Shown here: positions 16,075 to 26,099 of the stretch, one piece after another
How positions within the stretch are numbered: the stretch's first letter is position 1
How the letters are laid out: each line of letters opens with the position of its first letter
From: an uncultured Pelagibacteraceae bacterium
Lineage (GTDB): Bacteria > Pseudomonadota > Alphaproteobacteria > Pelagibacterales > Pelagibacteraceae
NCBI GenBank assembly: GCA_902555065.1
Contig: CACDQQ010000003.1
Coordinates: forward strand, 130,467 to 194,466
DNA length: 64,000 nucleotides
Direction of reading: 5' to 3'
Position numbers and translations under genes: made by a program
Notes under the pieces: model-generated
Database searches by the model: none
What the model saw: only the letters and a program-made list of their open reading frames with translations
What the model was told of the DNA's origin: nothing

Positions 16075-18554
16075 TATTTTAAGTTTAATTGGTTTAATAC
16101 ACTAAATGGATTATTAGAATAGTCCTTTTTGTCGTTTTTAATAACAATTTTATTTTTTAAAGGTACATACTTAATGAAAAAATCTTTTTCTTTCTCATAG
16201 ATTTTATAATTCATCTTTTTTAGTAATTTTTTAAAATTTTCTTTTGAGCAACCAAGTAAATTAAGCATTTCAGGAATAACTCTTATCTCCTTTTTGTCAT
16301 CTTTTTTTGAATTAAATATTAATAAAAATAATCTTTCGAGTATATCTATTCGTACATATATATCGTCGAATTTTTCAAAACCACAAAGCAACATAAAATC
16401 TTTATTTGCAGATCTCATATTATTTAGAAAATTTAATCCATAAGTTGGAGGCGATAAATTTAAGAATTTATTGTTATAAATTTTCCACAACAATATTCTC
16501 AATGAGACTGATGTTGGTTTTAATAATTTAAACAAGAAGATATGGTATCTTCCAAACTTTACTCCTAGCTTTCTTAATTTTTTTCTGTCATCTTGATTTA
16601 TTTTCTTTAGGTAGCCAGAAATATTTGATCTTTTTATAACACCATTATTTTCATAAAGTCTGTAAGCTAAAGCTCTAAGATCAGGATTATCTTCCTTAAT
16701 ATTTTTTAAATCAATCAAACTGTTAAGTTCTGTTTCAATTTTTTTAATAATCCATTTACTGAGATAATCATTTAAGTTTTTTCTTTCATTATTTTCAATC
16801 ATTTCATCAATGATTAAATCAATCCTTGGATTAAGATAATCTGATCCAGCAACTATTTTTGCTATAGGATTGTCTCTCCAATATATTTTAAAATCACTTT
16901 TCAATTCAATAAGTCCAGTATCCATTATTTGTTTTATTCTATTTATTATTTCTGGAACTACATTTTGCCTAGCAGCTTTCTTTAACGATTTTATATCCGC
17001 ATCTAAGGCATCTACTTTTAAATCTAATTGTAGTTTTAATCCTCTTAAAATTCCTATATATTGACCATTAATCAATACCCTTTCTTTATCCACTATCTCA
17101 GTTTTTAATTCAACATCCTGCTTCAAACCTTTAGCTAAAACACTCGCTCTTTTATCTATAAACGTTTTTGTTAATTCATCATGAAGTCTATCTGATAACT
17201 TATCTTCTAAATTTTTTGTTCTTTCAATCCAGTAATCTTGGTTTTCAACCCAGTTAGATTTATTTGCAACATATGACCATGTTCTAACATTAGATATTCT
17301 ATTTGAGATGGAGTCTACATTTCCATCAAGCTTATCAAGCATTGAAAGCTGTTTTTTCATATAATAATTTGGTATTTTTTTTGTATCTTCTGTCAAAAAG
17401 TTAAATACTTTATTGACAACTTCTAAATGATGACCATAAGTTTTTTTGACAAAATCAGGTATTTGGCAACATTCCCAAAGAATTTTTAATACGTTTGAGT
17501 TATCCTCAAAATTATTATTATTTTCCTTTAAAAAATATTTTAAAACTTTCTCATCCTCACATTCTCCAACTCTTCTTAACCAATCTTTATCAGGCTTTTC
17601 GTCTAACGATTTCAATAGATTTGTTTTGTTGGTGAAATCTAAATTAGAATTTCTCCAGAATATATTTTGTATTTCTGGAAAATTATGATTTTCTAACAAT
17701 TCAATTTCTTCTGGACTAATTTCATCACAATCTCCAGTTATACCAAAACTACCATCATTTAAATATCGACCAGCTCTCCCTGAAATTTGTCCAATCTCGG
17801 AGATTCTCAACCTTCTTATTTTTTTTCCATCAAATTTTTTTATATTTGAAAAATAAACATGATTTAAATCCATATTTATTCCCATTCCAATAGCATCTGT
17901 AGCAACAAGATAATCTACATCACCTGATTGATACAAATTTACTTGAGCATTTCTTGTTTTTGGACTAAGTGATCCCATCACAATCGCTGCACCACCTTTC
18001 TGTCTTCTTATAAGTTCTGCAATCGCGTATACTTCCTCTGTTGAAAAAGCAATTACTGCACTTTTTCTCTCGATTCTTGAAATTTTTTTATGTCCACCAA
18101 AAGAAAGTTTTGATAATCTTTGTTTATTAATAAATTCAATATCGCCATCAAGTTTTTCAATAATACTCTTGATAGTATTTGAACCCATTAGCATTGTTAA
18201 TTTTTCCCCCCTAAGATTTAATAATCTATCCGAAAAAATGTGACCTCGCTCATGATCTGAGCACATTTGAATTTCATCAATTCCTACAAAATCTAGAACC
18301 TTATCTACAGGCATTGACTCAACAGTGCACAAAAAATATTTTGCATGTAGTGGAATAATTTTCTCTTCACCAGTGATAAGCGCTACTTTCGAAGCGTCTA
18401 CTTTTTTTATGATCTTATCATAAACTTCTCTTGCTAGAAGTCTTAAAGGGAAACCAATCATTCCAGTGTCAAATGAAAGCATTGTCTCAATAGCTAAAAA
18501 AGTCTTACCAGTATTTGTCGGTCCTAGAACTGCAGTAATCTTATTTTTTGACAT
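16074..18554 (-). CDS. Suv3-like SF2 helicase (alphaproteobacterial MgpS type)
   Basis: LGPTNTGKT, DEIQ, ATDAIGMGIN, QISGRAGR, LSDRLHDELTKTFIDKR. Confidence 0.9.
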   Translation of the reverse strand: MSKNKITAVLGPTNTGKTFLAIETMLSFDTGMIGFPLRLLAREVYDKIIKKVDASKVALITGEEKIIPLHAKYFLCTVESMPVDKVLDFVGIDEIQMCSDHERGHIFSDRLLNLRGEKLTMLMGSNTIKSIIEKLDGDIEFINKQRLSKLSFGGHKKISRIERKSAVIAFSTEEVYAIAELIRRQKGGAAIVMGSLSPKTRNAQVNLYQSGDVDYLVATDAIGMGINMDLNHVYFSNIKKFDGKKIRRLRISEIGQISGRAGRYLNDGSFGITGDCDEISPEEIELLENHNFPEIQNIFWRNSNLDFTNKTNLLKSLDEKPDKDWLRRVGECEDEKVLKYFLKENNNNFEDNSNVLKILWECCQIPDFVKKTYGHHLEVVNKVFNFLTEDTKKIPNYYMKKQLSMLDKLDGNVDSISNRISNVRTWSYVANKSNWVENQDYWIERTKNLEDKLSDRLHDELTKTFIDKRASVLAKGLKQDVELKTEIVDKERVLINGQYIGILRGLKLQLDLKVDALDADIKSLKKAARQNVVPEIINRIKQIMDTGLIELKSDFKIYWRDNPIAKIVAGSDYLNPRIDLIIDEMIENNERKNLNDYLSKWIIKKIETELNSLIDLKNIKEDNPDLRALAYRLYENNGVIKRSNISGYLKKINQDDRKKLRKLGVKFGRYHIFLFKLLKPTSVSLRILLWKIYNNKFLNLSPPTYGLNFLNNMRSANKDFMLLCGFEKFDDIYVRIDILERLFLLIFNSKKDDKKEIRVIPEMLNLLGCSKENFKKLLKKMNYKIYEKEKDFFIKYVPLKNKIVIKNDKKDYSNNPFSVLNQLNLK

Positions 18555-18716
18555 ATCTACTTTTAGTATGATCTTTTTTTAGCCTACTATATTTTGTTAC
18601 TCAAAAAGAACAAAAATAGACTAAAACTAGTCCGAATCAGATAGGAAAAAGTTCTCATTTTCAATTTTTATCATCTCAGGTTAGCATAAATTTTACAATA
18701 TAAATATAAATTTTTA

Positions 18717-20672
18717 ATGCCAAAAAAACTTTGGGAACCATCTAAAGCACTAGTAAAAAATTCGAATTTATTTGCCTATGAGAAATTTATTTCAAAATAT
18801 TATAATTACAGTTTATCAAGGAATTATAAAAAGTTACTAAATTGGAGTTTAAAAAATCCTAAAGATTTTTGGAACTCTATTTGGAACTACTTTGAAGTAA
18901 TTGGAACAAAAACTAATAAATTTAAATTAACAAAAGATCTTATTAATAGTAAATTTTTTGTTAATTCAAAATTAAACTTTGCTGAAAATCTTCTAACCCA
19001 AGATTCAAATCAAAAAGCTATTACTTTTGTTAGTGAAAATGGCTACAGAGAACAAAAGTCCTGGAAAGAACTTAATATAGAGGTAAAAAAAATTATTACA
19101 TTTTATAAAAAAATAAATATTTTTGAAAAAGACAGAATAGCTGCATACACCCCAAATCAAATAGAAACAGTAGAGTGCTTCTTAAGTGCTAGTGCGATAG
19201 GATCAATCTGGAGTTCGTGTTCACCTGATTTCGGTGTGCCTGGAGTTATAGAACGTTTTTCTCAAATTAAACCTAAATTATTAATTATAACTGACAAATA
19301 TTACTATAACGGAAAGGAAATAAATATTATTGAAAGATTGCCTAAAATATTAAAAAAAATAAAAAGTATAAAATCAATATTAATTTTAAATTATCCTGGA
19401 AAAAAAATAAAAAAAATAAAAAAAATTAAAAATATAAAAATTTATTATTTTAATGATATTAAAAATCATGAAATAAGTAAAATTAAATTAAAAAAATTTA
19501 ATTTTGATCACGAATTAGCAATTTTATATTCAAGTGGTACAACAGGTAAACCGAAATGTATTTGCCACCGATCTGGCGGAGTTTTATTGCAACATTTGAA
19601 AGAACATCAATTACATTGCAATATAAAACCAAAAGATAATGTATTTTACTTCACAACCTGTGGATGGATGATGTGGAATTGGCTTGTCACAGCCTTAGCA
19701 TCTAAAGCATCAATATTACTATTCGATGGCTTTCCTATGCATAAATCTCCAGAGTTATTATTAAAAATTGCAAATAAAGAGAAGGTCACTCTTTTTGGTA
19801 TAAGTGCAAAATATATTGATCAACTTATTAAGCAGAAAGTTAATGTAAAAGAAAAAATCAAACTAAATTCTTTAAAAACGATTTGTTCTACAGGATCTCC
19901 TTTATCTAAAGATGGTTTTGAATTTGTTTATAGAAACATAAAAAAAAATGTTCATTTGGCTTCTATTTCTGGAGGAACTGACATTGTTTCCTGTTTTGTG
20001 AATGGTAACATTTATTCAGCTGTAAATAGTGGTGAAATACAAAACAGTGGTCTTGGTATGGATACATTAGTATTTTCTGAAAAAGGAAAATCAATTTTAA
20101 ACAAAAAAGGAGAATTAGTATGCAGAAACCCTTTCCCATCAATGCCCTTAAAATTTTGGAATGATCCTAGAAAAGTTAAATATAAAAAAGCTTATTTTTC
20201 GAAATTTAAAAATATTTGGCATCATGGAGATTATGCTGAAAGAAAAAATAACGGGTCTTATATTATTTATGGAAGATCAGATGCAACTCTAAACCCAGGC
20301 GGTGTTCGACTTGGCACTGCTGAAATTTATTCTGTTGTTGAAAAATTTAAAGAAGTAAAAGAATCTATTGTGGTAGGTCAATCTTGGGATAATGATGTAA
20401 GAATAATACTATTTACGATCTTATCAAAAAACAAAAAATTAGATAAAAAATTAATTTCTAAACTAAAAACAACAATTAGATATGAGGCTTCCCCAAGACA
20501 TGTACCTGCTAAAATAATTGCGGTAAACGATATTCCTAGAACCAAGAATGGTAAAATCGTTGAAGTAGCTGTTAAAAATATTATAGATGGAAACAAAATA
20601 AACAATGTTGAAGCATTATCCAATCCATCTGCTTTAAATGAATTTAAAAATCTTACTGAGTTAAAATCGTAA
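18717..20672 (+). CDS. Acetoacetate-CoA ligase
   Basis: WSSCSPDFG, YSSGTTGKPKCICH, FTTCGWMMWNW, SGGTD, GRSDATLNPGGVRLGTAEIY. Confidence 0.92.
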   Translation: MPKKLWEPSKALVKNSNLFAYEKFISKYYNYSLSRNYKKLLNWSLKNPKDFWNSIWNYFEVIGTKTNKFKLTKDLINSKFFVNSKLNFAENLLTQDSNQKAITFVSENGYREQKSWKELNIEVKKIITFYKKINIFEKDRIAAYTPNQIETVECFLSASAIGSIWSSCSPDFGVPGVIERFSQIKPKLLIITDKYYYNGKEINIIERLPKILKKIKSIKSILILNYPGKKIKKIKKIKNIKIYYFNDIKNHEISKIKLKKFNFDHELAILYSSGTTGKPKCICHRSGGVLLQHLKEHQLHCNIKPKDNVFYFTTCGWMMWNWLVTALASKASILLFDGFPMHKSPELLLKIANKEKVTLFGISAKYIDQLIKQKVNVKEKIKLNSLKTICSTGSPLSKDGFEFVYRNIKKNVHLASISGGTDIVSCFVNGNIYSAVNSGEIQNSGLGMDTLVFSEKGKSILNKKGELVCRNPFPSMPLKFWNDPRKVKYKKAYFSKFKNIWHHGDYAERKNNGSYIIYGRSDATLNPGGVRLGTAEIYSVVEKFKEVKESIVVGQSWDNDVRIILFTILSKNKKLDKKLISKLKTTIRYEASPRHVPAKIIAVNDIPRTKNGKIVEVAVKNIIDGNKINNVEALSNPSALNEFKNLTELKS

Positions 20673-21895
20673 TGATTAAAGATACTATTAAAAGCCTTGG
20701 TTTATCTGCAACACTAAAAATAAATGAAAAATCAAAAGCTATTGAAAATGAAGGAAAAAATATTATTAAGTTTGGATTTGGACAATCTCCATTTCCAGTT
20801 CCAATTACTATTGTTGAAGAATTAAAAAAGAATGCACATCAAAAAAGTTATTTACCTATCCAAGGATTAGATAAATTAAGAGATTCAATTGCGAAATATG
20901 AGTCAAAAAAGAAAAATTGCAATTTTAAATCAGATCAAGTCATAGTAGGTCCTGGAACCAAAGAACTAATGTTCTTGATACACTTAGTATTTGAAGGCGA
21001 TGTTTTATTACCAGCCCCAAGTTGGGTATCTTACAAGCCACAATCAATAATAGCTAAAAATAATTATCATTGGATCCAAACATCTGCTGAAAACAATTGG
21101 TTTCCTAAAGCTCAAGAAATAGAAAAAATTATTTTTAAAGAACCAGATAAGAAATATCTTTTGTTTCTTAATTCTCCAAATAATCCATCAGGACAAGTGT
21201 GCAAAAATTTAAAAGAAATTTCTTTAATAATAAAAAAATATAATATTATAGTTTTATCAGATGAAATTTATTCTGAATTAACATTTGATGAAAATTATAT
21301 TTCAATTTTTGAACAATGCCCAGATAATGTCATAATAAGTAACGGACTTAGTAAATGGTGTGGTGCAGGAGGATGGAGACTTGGATACTTTATAATACCA
21401 AAGAAAAAAATTGAATTACTTAAATCTATGAAAGTTTTAGCAAGTGAAACATTTTCTGCAGTAAGTTCACCAATTCAGTTCGCTGCAATATCTGCTTTTA
21501 ATGCTAATCATGAGGATTATATTTTAAAATCAAAAAAAATTCTTAAAGCTGTCGGAGATTATGCATATAGAAATTTATCATCTAATAATATTATTATGAA
21601 TAAACCAATGGGAGGCTTTTATTTACTGCCTGAATTTTTGAACAAAAAATTTGAAAGTTCTTCAATGTTATGTGATGAAATTTTAACTAATTTAAATATT
21701 GCTTTGCTTCCAGGAAGTGATTTTGGATTTGATCAAAAAAGGATGATAGTTCGTTTAAGTTTTACAGACTTTGATGGAGATAAATTCATGAAAAATATAA
21801 ATGAAAAAACTGATATTAATGATGAGTTAATAAAACAGTACGCTCCGAAAGTAGTAGAAGGAGTAAATAAATTAAAATCTTGGGTTGAAAATTAA
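20672..21895 (+). CDS. PLP-dependent aminotransferase class I/II
   Basis: FGFGQSPF, NSPNNPSG, SDEIY, GLSKWCGAGGWRLG. Confidence 0.9.
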   Translation: MIKDTIKSLGLSATLKINEKSKAIENEGKNIIKFGFGQSPFPVPITIVEELKKNAHQKSYLPIQGLDKLRDSIAKYESKKKNCNFKSDQVIVGPGTKELMFLIHLVFEGDVLLPAPSWVSYKPQSIIAKNNYHWIQTSAENNWFPKAQEIEKIIFKEPDKKYLLFLNSPNNPSGQVCKNLKEISLIIKKYNIIVLSDEIYSELTFDENYISIFEQCPDNVIISNGLSKWCGAGGWRLGYFIIPKKKIELLKSMKVLASETFSAVSSPIQFAAISAFNANHEDYILKSKKILKAVGDYAYRNLSSNNIIMNKPMGGFYLLPEFLNKKFESSSMLCDEILTNLNIALLPGSDFGFDQKRMIVRLSFTDFDGDKFMKNINEKTDINDELIKQYAPKVVEGVNKLKSWVEN

Positions 21896-22003
21896 TAATC
21901 AATTAAAAAATTCCTTAATTAACAATACTTATATTCAATGAATTTACTAGACACTCGAAGTAATAAATAGTTAGATTCGATTTTAAAACTTTAGAGAGGG
22001 TAT

Positions 22004-23011
22004 ATGAAAAAAATATTATCAACAATATCAAGCTCTCTGATTATTTTTGCTGCTATATTTTCATTTGGATCAATAGCAAAATCAGCAGAGTTTTTTACAA
22101 TAGGCACAGGAGGACCTACTGGAGTTTATTTTCAGACAGGAAACGCCATTTGTAAAATGTTACACAAATCAGCAATTAGTGCTGAACATGGTAGAAAAAA
22201 AGGTATGAAAGATAAAGCTTACAGATGTACTGCTCCTTCAACTGGAGGTTCAAATTATAACATCGGACAAATAAAAGATGGTGAGTTTCAATTTGGCGTA
22301 GCACAATCTGACTGGCAATATCATGCTTACAATGGATCAAGCAAATGGGAAGGGAAACAATTCAAAAATTTAAGAGCTGTTTTCTCAGTACATAACGAGC
22401 CATTTCAAATCTGGGCAAGAAAAAAAGCAAAAGTTAAAGATTTTATGGGTCTTAAAGGAAAAGTAGTAAACATTGGGAATCCAGGCTCTGGTCAGAGAGG
22501 AACAATGGAAGAATTAATGAAGGCCATGGGCGTTGACAACAGTTTCTTTAAATCAGTTACTGAACTAACATCTTCAGAGCAAGTAAAAGCTTTATGTGAT
22601 GGTAAAATTGATGCGTTTGGATATTCAGTAGGTTTTCCAAACGGAGCAATGGAACAAGCAGCAACATGTGCAGCTAAAGCAATGCCAATCAATTTAACAG
22701 GAGATGTAATTGATGGAATTATTAGTGGAGCTGATTATTATGCATCTGCAACAATTCCAAAAGGTACCTATACTAAACAAAAAAAAGATGTAACTACATT
22801 TGGTGTTAAAGCTACTGTAGTAACAAGTGTAGATGTTTCTGAAGATTTAGTCTATCAAGTTACAAAAGCTGTTTTTGAAAATTTTGACGATTTTAGAAAA
22901 CAACACCCAGCTTTTGCTCCTTTAGAGAAAAAAAATATGATAGCTGATGGTTTATCAGCACCACTTCATCCTGGAGCAATTAAATATTATAAAGAAGCTG
23001 GTTTAATGTAA
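22004..23011 (+). CDS. TAXI-family TRAP transporter solute-binding protein
   Basis: Signal peptide, IGTGGPTGVY, STGGS..N, AQSD, GNPGSGQR, PLHPGAIKYYKE; strong SD GAGAGGG. Confidence 0.93.
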   Translation: MKKILSTISSSLIIFAAIFSFGSIAKSAEFFTIGTGGPTGVYFQTGNAICKMLHKSAISAEHGRKKGMKDKAYRCTAPSTGGSNYNIGQIKDGEFQFGVAQSDWQYHAYNGSSKWEGKQFKNLRAVFSVHNEPFQIWARKKAKVKDFMGLKGKVVNIGNPGSGQRGTMEELMKAMGVDNSFFKSVTELTSSEQVKALCDGKIDAFGYSVGFPNGAMEQAATCAAKAMPINLTGDVIDGIISGADYYASATIPKGTYTKQKKDVTTFGVKATVVTSVDVSEDLVYQVTKAVFENFDDFRKQHPAFAPLEKKNMIADGLSAPLHPGAIKYYKEAGLM

Positions 23012-23031
23012 TTAAATCTATAGAAAAAATT

Positions 23032-23063
23032 GAGGCCCAATAGATATATTGGGCCTTTTTTTT
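23032..23063 (+). terminator. Intrinsic terminator/stabilising hairpin between the SBP and permease genes
   Basis: AGGCCCAATA-GATA-TATTGGGCCT followed by a T-run. Confidence 0.85.
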
Positions 23064-23077
23064 ATATATTGAGCTGA

Positions 23078-25399
23078 ATGTCAGCAGTCATAGAAAAAAA
23101 AATAGAAAATAAGATTAAAGAAGATCTCTCTCCCACAAGAAATCTAACAGGTTTCCATTTAAAGTTAGTTGCATTTATAGCAATAACTTGGTCCTTATTT
23201 CAGCTTTGGTATGCTTCTCCATTTCCGTTTTGGCTTAATTTTGGAATGTTTAAAGGTTTACCTGCTAGAGCAATTCATCTTGGTTTTGCACTTTTACTAG
23301 CTTTTTTAATATTTCCATATGCAAGGGGTAAAAAAGTAAATTTTATAGATATATTAATTGCAATAATAGGTGCGGTTTGTTGTTTATATATTTACGTTTT
23401 TTATGATCAATTAGTAGATAGAGGTGGAATTTTACTTAAAATAAATTTTTCGAATGATTTTAATATTCCAGTAGAACTTATACTTGGAATAATTGGAATA
23501 TTAATTCTTCTTGAAGCCACACGTAGAGCAATAGGTATTCCATTAGTTGTTATTGCAGTTTGCTTTTTGTTATTTTCTTATTTTGGGCAATATGCGCCAG
23601 ATATAATTTCTCATGGTGGATTATCATTAAAAAGGTTAGTTGGTTTTCAATGGTTTGATCAAGAAGCAATTTTTGGAATTCCGATAGGTGTTTCTGTAGA
23701 TTTCATATTTCTCTTTGTACTTTTTGGAGCACTTTTAGAAACTGCTGGAGGAGGTAAATATTTTTTAGATTTAGCTTTTGCAATGGTTGGAAAAATGAGA
23801 GGTGGTCCTGCTAAGGCAGCCATTCTTGGATCCGGTATGACAGGATTAATCTCTGGATCATCAATTGCTAATACAGTTACAACTGGAACATTTACAATTC
23901 CAATTATGAAAAAGACAGGTTTTTCAAAAGAAAAAGCGGGCGCAATTGAAGTATCATCATCAGTTAATGGTCAAATAATGCCTCCTGTTATGGGAGCAGC
24001 AGCTTTTGTGATGGCAAGTTTTATTGGTGTTACGTATTTTGAAGTTGTAAAACATGCCTTTTTACCAGCTATAATTTCTTACATTGCACTATTTTATATA
24101 TCTCACCTTGAAGCACTTAAATTAAATTTAAAAGGTATGGATGAAAATGATATTCCAAAATTGAAAAAAACATTTTTTGAAGGAATACATTTTTTAGTTC
24201 CAATATTTGTTCTTATATATCTCCTAGTTTATATGAGACTTACAGCTTCTTACTCTATTTTTTTTGCAACAATAACTTTAATTATAGTCAATCTTTTAAA
24301 TAAAATTTTTAAAGAAAAGAACTTTAAGAATGCTTTAATATATTGGTACAACCAAACTGTTGTTGGTTTTGAAAAGGGTGCCTTGAATATGGTTAGTGTC
24401 GGAATAGCAATTGCAACAGCAGGTATTATAGTTGGTGCGGTTGGATCTACAGGTTTGAGCACTAATTTAATAATTGTAATCGAGTCGATTGCAAAAGATA
24501 ACGTTATTATTCTTTTATTTTTAACTATTATTTTGTGTTTACTATTGGGTATGGGTTTACCAACTACTGCAAACTATGTTGTTGTAGCGTCTCTAATGGC
24601 AACAGTTCTTGTAGATGTTGGAAATGCATCAGGATTTATTTTTCCTTTAATTGCGGTTCATTTGTTCGTATTCTATTTTGGTCTAATGGCAGACGTAACA
24701 CCTCCAGTTGGCTTAGCGTCTTATGCAGCAGCTGCTATTTCAGGAGGAGATCCTTTAAGAACAGGAGCCCAGGCTTTTTGGTATAGTTTGAGGACAGGAA
24801 TACTTCCTATTGTATTCTTATTTAATAGCGAGTTGTTATTAATTGGTATTGAAAGCATATGGCATGGATTAATGGTTATTGCCACCTCCTTGATTGGGAT
24901 TTTAGTATTTACTTCTGCTACTCAGGGATGGTTTATAAATAAATTGAGATGGTATGAGATTATTATTTTTTTAATAATTTCAATATCATTATTATCTCCA
25001 GAATTTATTCTAAATAAATTTTATCCAAAATATAATTATTTAAACATTGAAGAGATAAACAAAAAACAGTTTGATTATAACAAAGAAATAAGAATTAAAA
25101 TTACCAGACTTACAGAGTATGGGGAGAGATATAAGTTATTTGTAATAGAAAAAAATAGTTTTGATGAAAATTTTAGTTTAGATGATTATGGAATGAGTTT
25201 GATAGCGGAAGGCAAGAAAACAATAATTGATACTTTAAAATGGAATGGAATTGCAAAAAAATCTGGATTAGATATGGGAGATATTATTAATGAATTTAAA
25301 ATTGAAAATCAAAATAGACCAAAAAAAGAAATAATTTATCCTATTGCTCTTATTCTTTTATCAATTTTTGGTTATTTAAACATAAGAAGAAGAATTTAG
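23078..25399 (+). CDS. TRAP transporter fused (4TM/12TM) permease
   Basis: GGPAKAA, ISGSSIAN, TGTFTIP, GQIMPPVMGAAAF, LGMGLPTTANY, DVTPPVGLA. Confidence 0.94.
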   Translation: MSAVIEKKIENKIKEDLSPTRNLTGFHLKLVAFIAITWSLFQLWYASPFPFWLNFGMFKGLPARAIHLGFALLLAFLIFPYARGKKVNFIDILIAIIGAVCCLYIYVFYDQLVDRGGILLKINFSNDFNIPVELILGIIGILILLEATRRAIGIPLVVIAVCFLLFSYFGQYAPDIISHGGLSLKRLVGFQWFDQEAIFGIPIGVSVDFIFLFVLFGALLETAGGGKYFLDLAFAMVGKMRGGPAKAAILGSGMTGLISGSSIANTVTTGTFTIPIMKKTGFSKEKAGAIEVSSSVNGQIMPPVMGAAAFVMASFIGVTYFEVVKHAFLPAIISYIALFYISHLEALKLNLKGMDENDIPKLKKTFFEGIHFLVPIFVLIYLLVYMRLTASYSIFFATITLIIVNLLNKIFKEKNFKNALIYWYNQTVVGFEKGALNMVSVGIAIATAGIIVGAVGSTGLSTNLIIVIESIAKDNVIILLFLTIILCLLLGMGLPTTANYVVVASLMATVLVDVGNASGFIFPLIAVHLFVFYFGLMADVTPPVGLASYAAAAISGGDPLRTGAQAFWYSLRTGILPIVFLFNSELLLIGIESIWHGLMVIATSLIGILVFTSATQGWFINKLRWYEIIIFLIISISLLSPEFILNKFYPKYNYLNIEEINKKQFDYNKEIRIKITRLTEYGERYKLFVIEKNSFDENFSLDDYGMSLIAEGKKTIIDTLKWNGIAKKSGLDMGDIINEFKIENQNRPKKEIIYPIALILLSIFGYLNIRRRI

Positions 25400-25815
25400 C
25401 TTAGACCTGCATGAGGTAACTTACGTTGAAGTATTTTCCAAATACCTGTAGCTGACGCAATTATTTTTCCTTTGCATTTCAACTCACATTCTAAAAACAC
25501 TAGACTATTTGTTTTTTTTTTAATTTTGACATAACCTAAAATTTCATCCCCAACATTCGATGGTCCAATGAAATTAATATTTAATGTTATAGTTACACAT
25601 GGTTTGTTGCCTGATATTCTGTGAGCTCCAGACCCACACCCGGTATCAATAATTGATGCTATATATCCACCGTGGGTTATTCCGGCTCTGTTAAGATGGT
25701 TTTTTTTTATTTTACTTTTAAATTCATATTTAGTTTTAGAAATTTCTCTTAGTAACAAACCACCATTGTGTCTCATGAAGCCTTTTTTAACACTGATTTG
25801 TTCAAATTTTTTCAT
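25396..25815 (-). CDS. PaaI-family thioesterase
   Basis: HLNRAGITHGG...D hotdog-fold motif. Confidence 0.87.
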   Translation of the reverse strand: MKKFEQISVKKGFMRHNGGLLLREISKTKYEFKSKIKKNHLNRAGITHGGYIASIIDTGCGSGAHRISGNKPCVTITLNINFIGPSNVGDEILGYVKIKKKTNSLVFLECELKCKGKIIASATGIWKILQRKLPHAGLS

Positions 25816-25911
25816 CAAATTATTAAAGTTATTAAAAATAATATTATTAATACTATTACAAAAAAATAAATTACAGATTTTTGCAAAGATACTTTCATTT
25901 TTCCTTTTTTT

Positions 25912-25988
25912 TGGTGCGCCTGCTAGGAGTCGAACCCAGAACCTCCTGGTCCGTAGCCAAGCGCTCTATCCAATTGAGCTACAGGCGC
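25912..25988 (-). tRNA. tRNA-Arg(ACG)
   Basis: Reverse complement GCGCCTGTAGCTCAATTGGATAGAGCGCTTGGCT-ACG-GACCAGGAGGTTCTGGGTTCGACTCCTAGCAGGCGCACCA. Confidence 0.96.
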
Positions 25989-26099
25989 TAAATATAATCT
26001 ATTCTTTTAACATTTATTCTTAATTTTACTAAATTTTAATAATGGTCAAAAATATACATCTATTAAAAGTAAATAATATATATATATACAAATAGCGAA

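Noticed and set aside
19340-19445. Tandem A-rich repeats (KKIKKIKKIK) as a phase-variable tract
   Set aside because: In frame and imperfect; explained by AT-driven Lys/Ile bias seen throughout the window.
25766-26023. 85-aa ORF
   Set aside because: It is the antisense reading of tRNA-Arg plus flanks.
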